Assembly (NCBI GenBank): GCA_051362555.1 | Contig: CM120648.1 | Span: forward strand, 6,444,587 to 6,508,586 | Length of the DNA: 64,000 nt | From: Lingula anatina | Lineage: Eukaryota > Animalia > Brachiopoda | Reading direction: 5' to 3' | Shown: positions 54,075 to 64,000 of the stretch, piece by piece | Numbering within the stretch: position 1 is the stretch's first letter | How the letters are laid out: each line of letters opens with the position of its first letter | Notes under the pieces: model-generated | Databases searched by the model: none | Seen by the model: the letters and a program-made list of their open reading frames with translations, nothing else | Told to the model about the DNA's origin: nothing | Made by a program: the position numbers and the translations under genes

Positions 54075-57000
54075 TATTTAACCAGGCTCAGAACTCAAAA
54101 CTGAACCAAACTTAGTCTAAAAGTGAAGATCAACTCACGTTATCAGGCCCTAGGGTTTCAAAATAATTTACTTGTTAGAATTGAATGTCCCATCATAATT
54201 CCACAGTGACATTAACAGTTAGAAATCAAATCACCATGTAGAAAGGTCCTTACTTAAACACTGACAGTGAGCTTGAATAATTATAATGTTACAGTGGCAA
54301 CTTATGTTAACAAAAGTGATGAAATTCAATAGAAAGAAGGTTGACTCTTGTATATTTATGAAGGAATTCTATTGAAATCCCAGATGGGGTTTTAAGAGAT
54401 ACATCATTAGAAAAAAGATTTCAGCCACCTGACAAGACTTCATACCTGTCATTATTGTCAATGTGGCACTCTTATTGTGCCTGGTCAAGATCAGTTCATA
54501 CCAGTCACAACTTAAACAAGAAATATGTTACTAGGTGACTTAATTAATTTCACTAAGACAGTTATCAGACATAATATTGATAAACCCCTATCTTGCTATA
54601 CTATCCTATTATCACACATATAGGATATACTGTAATATAATTCTATAATCCTAAAAACTGAAAATAAATTGCATGATTACCAACTAAGGTCAAAGTGATC
54701 AAAACATTGGGGAATCACCAAGAGCTCTAGTGACAAGCCTCTACAATTTTTAGTCATGAATATCAATTTTAATATTTTGAAATAAGCCATCGTGTTTTGT
54801 TACAATGCTGATTAGACTATTTCTGGTTCAAGTTAGCTCTGATGTGAACATGAACCCAGGCAGAGGACCCATCCATAACAATGTATGGTAACTGATACCC
54901 AGTAAGTTGTAGCATGCAAAGAAAAGATGTCATGTAGATCAAAGCCTGTTCAGATAAATATTTTTATCCTATTTTATTTTCAATATAAATGTTTAGAGGT
55001 CAACTAGACAAAAATAGTTGTTGATTTTGTGATGGGATGGTAACATAGCCAAGCATGTGTTTATAGCAGAACATGTCATGGTAAAGATAATGCAGGTGAT
55101 TGGTTGACTGCTTTAACTCTTGCAGAGGATGGGAGTTTCCTCTATAATTTATCATCTGACTTAACGTTGGAGCACCCACTAGTCCTCGATTTCTGGATAA
55201 TCAACTAAAATTAGCTGTGGCTAGTTGCTTAATAATTGCCTGCAGAGTTGTGTGTGTGTGTGTGTGTGTGGGTGTGCATGTATGTCTGGGTGTATATCTG
55301 TGTATGTATGTATGTGTGTGTGTGTCTCAATGTATTTATGTATCTGTGTATGGGTATGTATGTGTATGTCTGTATGTATGCGTGTGTGTTTGTGTGTGTG
55401 TGTGTGCATGTATGCGTGTATAGGTATGCGGTTATGTTTGGGAGAGGCCATTAACAATGTGTCAAATGGACTGTAGACAGACCAACAATTCTTTGCTCCC
55501 ACTTTACTGTGATATCTGAACAATCAGTCAAAAATTAGCTGTTCATTTTATCATCACTGATAACTCTATCATTCATCAAGATCAACTGTTAATTTTATCA
55601 TCCATGAGGACAGGTATATAGTTGATATGCTTGGTCAGATGAGGAGAGTAATTAGTCAGAATTTGCTGCTCAACCAGGTGATTTGGGTAGGTGATTTTTA
55701 CTGAGATAAAGTACAGGGAAGTTAGCAGCAGGGAATATTGACATCAGGTCAGTTTTAATTTTGGGGGGGTTTGTCGTTTTTATGGTCTGAATTGGGAAAG
55801 ATAAATAGCTTTGCAGGATATTTAGACAGAAAATGAATTTGGGACATATTCAAATGTGCGTACATACAGGAAGTTGTCAGATTGTTGTGATTCATAGTCA
55901 CTGTGGTTAAGGAAATACCTCAATGTATTGGAACCAAATTGATTTATCTTATTATCCCCAATATTTAACTAAGAAACTGCCCAGTGGCCATTCTCAAGTA
56001 CCATTGGACGGAGTGCTGAAGTGGACAGTATCAAAATTTTGCCCAGCGGTCAGTCTTATGACTGGGCTTTGTCCAGTTCACTTCTGACCAGGTGAGAGAT
56101 TATAAGGAATCATAATTCCAGTAAGCCTTACTCCTTTTGTCCACCTGTGTGATAGAGTAGCTGCGTTCACCTCGAGACTAACTTAGACTAGAAGTAGACT
56201 TAAATGATTAAGTGATTAAATATCCATTTATCAAATAGTTTTAGTTATATCCATTTGAGCTTTAAACCAAAGACCTGGTTTTTAAAAAGTAAATGTAATT
56301 TTATGGCCTCAGCTAAGAAATATCTGACTGTATTCCATTTTTGACTTAAGTCATCTTTTGAAATAGGTTTCCAGATATGAAGCATATTTGGATGTTCATT
56401 GATATCAGTTAACTTGATCCTGATGTGAACATGCTATTTAAACCCTTTGTGCACCAGTGCAGTAGAGTAAGGAATTACTGGCAGGAGGATAGAGTTGCAG
56501 GTGCTCCAGTCTGGTAGAATGAGTTCCCGTTGTGCCACAGACAGCTTAATTCTCAGCAAACTAGCAGGATTCTCTGGACTATATTTTATTCCTCAGTCCA
56601 GTTTCAGCTTAGAACCTGTCTGAATTCGGCTACAGTGAGAGAATGAGAGAAAAAAGTAATCGAGCAAGGAGATGGGCAGTCTTGCAGGTGCTTTGAAAGG
56701 ACGGCAGAGAGAAATGTTCTCAAGCAGAGAGCGAGGCCTTGCAGGTGCAGTTAGTCAGATGCAGTGACACATGGAGCAGTGAATCAGAGGATTCCCTCCT
56801 CATGACAGAGCCAGAGACTCAGTGGATGTGAATGTTATCCGAGGTTGACTTGAAACTTATAAGACAGGCAGCACAAAACGGTCAAGTTCTGATGAGAAAA
56901 TTATTAGCATTATACCTGTCCTAATGGTGAGGTGTTCTCTTGATGGAGAGAGGTTGTTCACACTGACGCTTGTATATATTTACCTTTCTGAAGAGAGCGG

Positions 57001-57715
57001 GATAGGTAGTTAGAGAAGCACTTACTCTGGACAGATAAAAACTTTGGAAGGCCATTCCAGACTTTTTAGTCCAAATTGATTGTTCACCATCAGAGAGAGA
57101 ATTTTGAGAAAGACACTGCATCAGAGATAATAGTTGAAAAGTATTTTCACTAAAATACTTTTATTTTTTGGGACCTGTACCTTCATAATCATGTAAGTAT
57201 GATGCATTGGTTTTGATATTAGAGTAGAAGTAAACGCATATAATGTGGTGAGTAGATTGATCAATTTGTTGAAATGATGTATACCGGTTTTACTGATGGT
57301 TTCATATTCAAAAGAGAGGTGGTCACTAAATAAAGTTTAAAATTCTTGATGATATTACTAACAACCTTGAGACCTCCCCAATTAAAAATAAAGATAACTT
57401 TTAAGCCAGTTTAGTAAATAATCATGTATGTTTATAAAATGAACTGTAAAAAGAACTATGTTTTGTCAAAAGATGTTATCATACCACATACAGATTTATA
57501 ATGAAATCTTTAATCATGTTATGTCTCTGAGCATGTTTACTTATGTTCTTATCGTGTTTGAGATTTCTCAGCGTGAGAGATAACGACATGACATTTTGGA
57601 TAAGATGGTGTTTACAAATAGCTCCCGCTCCTTGCTTTGCATAATCTCAGGATTCCTGGAAGGTTGTATGTAGGAATGACACACTGACATGAATTTGAAA
57701 AAAAAAATTATAGAT

Positions 57716-57828
57716 TTTTAATTTAATTTAATTTAATTTAATTTAATTTAATTTTATTTTATTTTATTTTATTTTATTTTATTTTATTTTATTTTATTTT
57801 ATTTTATTTTATTTTATTTTATTATTTA
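57716..57828. repeat. (TTTAA)n/(TTTTA)n pentanucleotide microsatellite
   Basis: Read directly. Confidence 0.95.
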
Positions 57829-59880
57829 TGCTGGTTTGGAAGTTGACTAAAATTTCTCTATCTCAAAGTGAAGTTCAACTTTTGATCAAGACTCATTCTA
57901 TTGTCAGACAGTATGGATAGGCCCTGGTTTTAAACTTGGTCCTATTCTTCTGTTCTGTGTATTCTCTATTACATGCTCTGCTGGCTGTGTCTCCTCCTGT
58001 TCTCTGTTCTCTGTGATGGCGGATGTGGAAAATTAAAGTCGGATTAAGTTGAAAATTTTGAAGTTCGTTGATGAGGCATTGATGATGTAGGAAATGTCAT
58101 AAGGGTTTTTTTTTTTTGAAGCATTTATTTTTATTTAACAGCTGTGTTTGGATCATAAGATTCCATCTGTAGTTCTGAATTAGGAGTTGATTTTTTTTTT
58201 ATTGCAACTGATAAAAACATGTTTCCTGTTAAGGCATATTTATTTTTCTGTTCATGTTTACGTAAAACTTATTTTTGTTTAAGTGTGAAGAATTTAAATT
58301 CTTAAAGAAATAAACTTTTTTTCTTTAGCTGGTTGTTTTCCTAGATTTTCGCTCACAAGCACTTCTTTATTAATGGATAAATTAGGGAACACATTTTATG
58401 TGAGAAAAAAAGTTCTCATTCCTTGTTAAGTTTTATTTTCCCCTCACATACTCTCGTTGCACAGTCATCACATAATTAATGGTGATTTAAAATGACACGG
58501 TTGATCGGGGACAATTAACCTCGCAATAACTCCCTGCCTCTCCTTTGTTTATTTTCATCATTTTTTTACTCTCATACATACTTGTTATAATAGTCATCAG
58601 TGTTTTTTTTTTCTTCATATTTGGGCCACCAAAACCCTGATCCCGCCTCTTAACGCAAGGGACTGTTCATTTTTGTTGGGATCAATTGAAGCTGACACAG
58701 CCTATGCATCAGTATTTCCATTGCTGAAAAAAAGGCCTGAAAATGGTTCTGATAAATTCATAAACCTTTTTTTTGTATTACTCATATAATAAAATGGGAT
58801 TGGGAGATTCTCAGTATACGAGTTGTAAGGTGTATTCACACTTGGCAATGGGAAATGTGTTTCGAAAGAAGGAAAAAATGACCTGTCTGGGCACAGTGGA
58901 ATTGACTGCAATTTCCCCTTTTGAAGTTGCTGGCATTAATGATCTGTAATACATTGGAGTGTATACAGTGGTGGATGGAAGCCGTCTTCTGGATCTTCCG
59001 GAAGACGGTCAGAATTTTACATTGATGGGTACTAGTATGTAATTTTTCTATCAGAAGACGGGTTTAATAAATGGAGGATGGATCAACAAAGATAATTTGG
59101 AAGACTGTCAGAAAATATCTCTGAATCGGCCCCTGGCCTATTGATTGAAATCTATGGTGGGCACCCACGAAACGAAAAGGTGATGGTATTGAGCTGTGAG
59201 ACACTATAGATCGATATAGATCCACTCTTTTTCTCATGTGAACAGGCTTCAGCTGCGTAGGCTTACAACAGGAAAAAAAACTCCGGAAACTAGTAAACAG
59301 AAAACGTAGCAGGTTAAATGTGGGTGCCAAGGATGGATATAATGCAGAAACCATACAAATAGAGAAAAAACTATGAATAATAAGGCCAGTACAGCAGATT
59401 TGACACCTAGACTGTGAATGCTGTACTGTTAAGTAAAATGTGCAGGCCAAATGAAAACGCTTTCAAAATACAAATAGTTAAACATATTCAAGATTTTCTA
59501 TAAACATAGGCACTATTAAGGAATATTGCCAAATTTAATAGATGAAGTGCTTTTCATATTTCTCTTTTCTTTTTATCTTGTGGCCAAGTGCATAAGCTAA
59601 AGAAATCTTCAAAGAAATAATAAGATTTAATTACAGCTGTTGTTTAGAGATAAGTGTCACTGAGCCTTTGGCTCTCATATTCTGCAGAATTACAGGTATG
59701 TTCATTCTCTTTCCTATTTAAGACAACTGGGACATAAGAGGAGGTTTTTTTTCCTCCTACTGGCAGGTTCCCCTTTTTTATGGGGCAATTGAACGGCTTA
59801 AAAATGGTATTAATGTTTCATGTTCAGGAAATGCTTTCAATCTTATTGGGAGCGTTCTCTGATGTCATCCTTGAATCTAA

Positions 59881-60055
59881 GGCTCCATTCAGAATAGGGG
59901 ACTAACTAGTCCGAGGGTCAAATATGGCCGACCCACTTGAATACTTCCCCATGGGATATCTATACAGTGTCTGTTAGCAGATTAGATGGCAAGCTTTGTA
60001 GTGGGTCGCCATATTTGACCCTCTTACTAGTTAGTCCACTATTCTGAATTGGGCC
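59881..60055. mobile_element. PIF/Harbinger-type MITE, family copy 2 (inverted relative to 31130-31303)
   Basis: TIRs GGCTCCATTCAGAATAG / CTATTCTGAATTGGGCC; interior GCAGATTAGATGGCAAG is the reverse complement of CTTGCCATCTAATCTGC in copy 1; flanks TAA/TCA. Confidence 0.85.
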
Positions 60056-61032
60056 TCATGGAGCTAGTAGGTTTGTTGTGTCATTAATTTGTGATAAAAA
60101 AAAACTTCCCTGTATCTCTCTCTCTCATGCGTGTAGGTTAGAAAAATCTGCCAAGATATTATCCAATCAAGGCTAATAGTATGAAATGAACTTCTACTTC
60201 AGGACATTTATATATTTTACACCTGATGATCCGATTGTACTTATTTGTCCTTCTGGAGATAGAAGTAAATGGCCCTTATAATATTTTATATCCCAAACCA
60301 CACAAATACCGTCTCCAGAGGGTTATAACCCAGCTGGCTTGTGTGATGTCTTTCCCTTTGATCTTTAGACAGTGAAAGTAACGGAACAAAAGGGCCGCGG
60401 TAATTACTCATCTTTGGTCTAAGGAAGAGGGATTGAGATAGGGTTGATAAAGGTGTTGTCCTTCCCACAAATTACCTGGTGTTTTGTTTAGCAGGAAGAT
60501 TTACCTGTAATTGGTTGTAAGGGACAGAGCAGGTGTCTGTGGGATGTTTTATGGTGGTCAGTGTCCAGTCATTGTCCAGATAAGGTCTGGTTATAATTAA
60601 TGAACGTGGTTTCCTGTTGGACTGTAAGTACTAGTGGACAGTATAGTGTACAGTGCTCAGATTGATGTTTTGTGAATTTTTTTTTTTGTGTGTGTACATC
60701 TACGATCTGTGTACAACATGCCAGTTTTTGTCCAGATAGATTGTATCAGGTAGGCAAAATATCTATACAAATGATTGAGAGAGGAGAGATAGAAATGATA
60801 TTAGTATATTAGCAAATATAAATCTCCAGGAAACAGCAGATTTAACACATGATATCGCGATGGACCTCTGTGGCTCCATGATTGAAGCAAACAGAGTGGC
60901 TCAGAACTGTGAACAGTGGAGAGTTTTTGCTGGAGAGGGAGGGAGGGGGGGGGGGGGTCACCAACCCAACCATCCTTGATGATGATATTAGCAAAGAAAA
61001 TCAGTCATGTTAATATATTTTTTTTCTTGCAG

Positions 61033-61175
61033 GCCTCAGTCAGCTCCTGGCTGGAATTTGTGGAAGGGAGTTATGAGCAGTAACAAGACGGGTTACTTCG
61101 ACCCCACAGACTTCAAACAAAGCAGCAGCAGCAGCAAGTCCCCCTCCCCCATCAAAGGGAAGATGGGGAGAAAAG
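61033..61175 (+). CDS. Ack-like: PR2/Ack-like coding exon 10, SH3 C-half
   Basis: ttttttcttgcAG| (K)PQSAPGWNLWKGVMSSNKTGYFDPTDFKQ...GRK; W.G....K.G.F.P SH3 pattern; phase fits exon 9 across a 17-kb intron. Confidence 0.9.
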
Positions 61176-61521
61176 GTGTGGATATGGGTTAGAGCACTTT
61201 TTCTTGCCTTCTTCTTATTTTTAATTAAAAATTTTTTTTGGTTAAATTTAGTAAATTTTTCTCCCCATTTCTCAGAGGGGTTTAGTAAATGTTTGATGTG
61301 CTGATGTTAGATGAGTCTTTTGCATTTTGTTATCAAAATTTTAACATTATGTTTCCATTGTTTTATTATCAAAATATGGACATAGTCTTTTCATGACCTT
61401 TTTGTCTCTGGACTTTGATCATAAAACAATGGTATTAACAAACCTCTTGTTTTCTGACTTTTAAGAGTGTTGTAACAATATGTATTGGTTAACATGATAA
61501 CATTGTGTGAAATGTTTTTAG

Positions 61522-61677
61522 AATCCCAAAGAAAGTCCAAAAGGATCACGACAGACATGATCAGTAAGCCTGAGAACGACCTGCGCCACACGGGACATAT
61601 TGGCTATGATGGCACCATGTTTGGAGATGTGGCCTTCATAGGGGATAACTATGATAAACTGCCTCTGAAAGTTGGAG
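61522..61677 (+). CDS. Ack-like: PR2/Ack-like coding exon 11, CRIB (Cdc42/Rac-binding) motif
   Basis: tttttAG| ESQRKSKRITTDMISKPENDLRHTGHIGYDGTMFGDVAFIGDNYDKLPLKVG |GTGGGT; IS.P....H..H.G consensus. Confidence 0.93.
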
Positions 61678-61772
61678 GTGGGTCTTTGGTGTTTTTTTTT
61701 CTTTTTGTGACTGCCAATCAAGTGATCTCTTTTTTTATGACAGTTATGCATTGAAAATGTACCCCCCCCCCC

Positions 61773-61817
<45 letters not shown>

Positions 61818-61940
61818 GCCTCTCCATCTCTCTCTCTCAGAAAAACAGATAAATTATGTAGTCTACATTTGACTTTTTTTTTTTTTTAGATGGAATGAAG
61901 TAACAGATAATAGACATCATTTGTAATATTTTTTTTTCAG

Positions 61941-62173
61941 GCAAATCCCACAGCAATGGCACATCTCCAGTGTTTAGTAAAAGTGAATCTCCAATTACAA
62001 AAAGCAACGAATCCGAACTCTCGGGACATTCAGCGTGGACGATAAGTTCTCTGGACTCTGCGGGCAGTGATAACAGTGGTAGCCTTCGTAACGGAACTCA
62101 AGACAAGCCAGACTCAGAAGTTGATGGTCTAGACGAGTTTGATGATTTTAAACTGCCAGATTTGGGTCTTTCA
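61941..62173 (+). CDS. Ack-like: PR2/Ack-like coding exon 12, Ser/acidic region
   Basis: ttttttttcAG| (G)KSHSNGTSPVFSKSESP...DEFDDFKLPDLGLS |GTAAGA; phases consistent. Confidence 0.87.
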
Positions 62174-62344
62174 GTAAGAGACGCTTTTTCTTTTATGATC
62201 CATGTTATTAGATATTCAATAACATACCTTATATAAAGGTGTTGTCAAAACAAATTTTAGATTTGTTAGCATAAAGACTAATCTAGACCACAAAGTTAAC
62301 CAAAAGGAGTTTCCAGACATAATTTTGTTTTTTTCCCCTTCCAG

Positions 62345-62495
62345 ATGGACCTTGATTTTGGGCCATCTTTCATGGATGAAATGATGAAAGCTCTAAGTGA
62401 GAAAACAACAGATGATTTCACAGTGGAAAAGAAGGAAGAGAAAAGGGAAGACACACAACAGGCAGAGACACAGGAGTTCAAAGAAAACACTCCAG
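62345..62495 (+). CDS. Ack-like: PR2/Ack-like coding exon 13
   Basis: ttttccccttccAG| MDLDFGPSFMDEMMKALSEK...KENTP |GTAGAA, phase 1. Confidence 0.87.
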
Positions 62496-62755
62496 GTAGA
62501 ATATGTGCAAATTTGGGTGAAATAACTCCCATTTTAGATTTGTACTCCATGATGTATGGGCCATGCTTTTAGATGGATATAAGCATTTCTTGTAAAAAAG
62601 GATTTTAAACCATGATATGTAACACATATTTTACAGGACACCCGTTTCATTTGGATGTAAGACTTTATTTAATCAGCATAAATATCTTTTATGTCATTAG
62701 CTAAGGCAAGTTAATTCAGACTTTTTAATAATAAGGACCATTTTCACCTCTTCAG

Positions 62756-62916
62756 TTTCAGACACCCCCAGCAGAGAGAGCTCTTCAGAAAAGGAGATCA
62801 GATACTCGTGGGGTTCCCAAGAGGAGCTGCTCAGTAGCTCCAGTGATGAACTCAAACACAAAGATGACAGCGACAAGAAACATGGAGGACAGAAGAGGAG
62901 GAGCAAATTAAAATTG
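62756..62916 (+). CDS. Ack-like: PR2/Ack-like coding exon 14
   Basis: ctcttcAG| (V)SDTPSRESSSEKEIRYSWGSQEELLSSSSDELKHKDDSDKKHGGQKRRSKLKL |GTACGA; alternative in-frame acceptor 6 nt downstream. Confidence 0.8.
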
Positions 62917-63399
62917 GTACGATACCTCAGCCCATCATCTGACGAGGATTATTGTGCTGCTGATTGAAAACCCACAACAAAATCAGTCTGGCCTTATTTC
63001 AAAAATTAAGCTGTTCCTTTTCATTCCGTATAAAAAATATAAGAATATTTTCATCCCAGTCTGCTTGAGTGCTTCATCCACCAACAGTGTCACATATTGT
63101 GTAACATTTTCCTTTGCTTAAAATAAACCTTGAGGTGTTACAGGTTTTTTCATGTGTATCCGTAACCCTGGTATTTATTCATATTTCCAACTTTTGAAAC
63201 TTTCATGTTCACTTACTTGTACCAATTGTGTAAAGATGATATACATTTGCTTGGTATATTCAAATCCTTATGAAAACCAAATTTTATGAAGCAGTAAAAT
63301 GAGAAAGTTTCAGAAGTCTGACCTATTTATATTTATATTTATCTGGTTGACCTGTCCCTTTCACCAAAGCTGACCTTATGTCTCCCCACTTTCTTTCAG

Positions 63400-64000
63400 A
63401 CTCCTTTCAAAGAGGACAAAGACAAGTCAGAGAGCAGGAGCAAAGAGAGACATTCGTATGTGAAGCAGCTCTCTGCGTCTGACGAGAAGCAACTGGAAAC
63501 GGCAATTGCCATGGCGAATCAAATTGCCCAGGAACAGTTGACACCAAAATCGCCCAAAAGTACTGATGAAGACGATGGAAACGACACTCCATCGAGAAAG
63601 TCAAAGTTCAGTTTTAAGTTCCCAGTAAAGAAGACCAGTCCACAGCCTGAGAAAAGGACATTTTCAGACGAGTTAGCGCGGAGTGCTGACGCAAATGAGG
63701 ACATACCTCCAGAAGCACAAGAGGCTTATAATATGCTAGTGGTTCGTGGGTCCGTGAAAGAGAAATGGGAACCCCCAAAGAGGGAGTCGGAATGGGAGCC
63801 AAAAAAGAAAGAAGAGGAAGAGGATGAAGAAGAAGATGAACGTTCAGACAGACCCGAGGTGTACAGGGGATCGTCGAGTGCGATACAGTCTCGACCATCT
63901 CACTCACGACAGCAGCGGTTACAACGCTCTCAGGAGCATCAGCGCAGAACTTCAGAGTCTGGTGAGTCTGGCATCGCGGCTGCTAATCGTAACCTCAAAG
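63400..64000 (+). CDS. Ack-like: PR2/Ack-like coding exon 15 (partial), charged low-complexity tail
   Basis: ctttctttcAG| TPFKEDKDKSESR...SRKSKFSFKFPVKKTSPQPEKRTFSDE...; frame stays open to the window end (a possible donor G|GTGAGT lies at 63962). Confidence 0.87.

Noticed and set aside
58982-59062. CCGTCTTCTGGA/TCCGGAAGACGG hairpin as a terminator or ncRNA
   Set aside because: A short imperfect inverted repeat with no family features; intrinsic terminators do not apply to this context.

Overview
AT-rich invertebrate animal genomic DNA, not prokaryotic. The window is dominated by one + strand, multi-exon ACK-family non-receptor tyrosine kinase gene of the PR2/Ack-like type (SAM - tyrosine kinase - SH3 - CRIB - low-complexity tail). 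I reconstructed 15 coding exons from the ATG at 14414 to the window end, with GT-AG boundaries and consistent phases (about 900 codons, 3' end outside the window). A NIPSNAP3-like gene with an intronless CDS is nested antisense in the 17-kb intron that splits the SH3 domain. The introns hold several non-autonomous DNA transposons/MITEs, a 4.3-kb element with long diverged inverted ends, and microsatellites. Three signals stand out. (1) Splice junctions are repeatedly duplicated, most strikingly as a 36-bp array giving 23 identical in-frame donors between the kinase catalytic loop and DFG. (2) A candidate internal first exon creates an ATG only after splicing and would give a kinase-less isoform. 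(3) The CRIB region and a downstream motif resemble, from memory, vertebrate Borg/CDC42EP proteins. All isoform and homology claims are untested inferences. Most ORFs in the supplied track are spurious.
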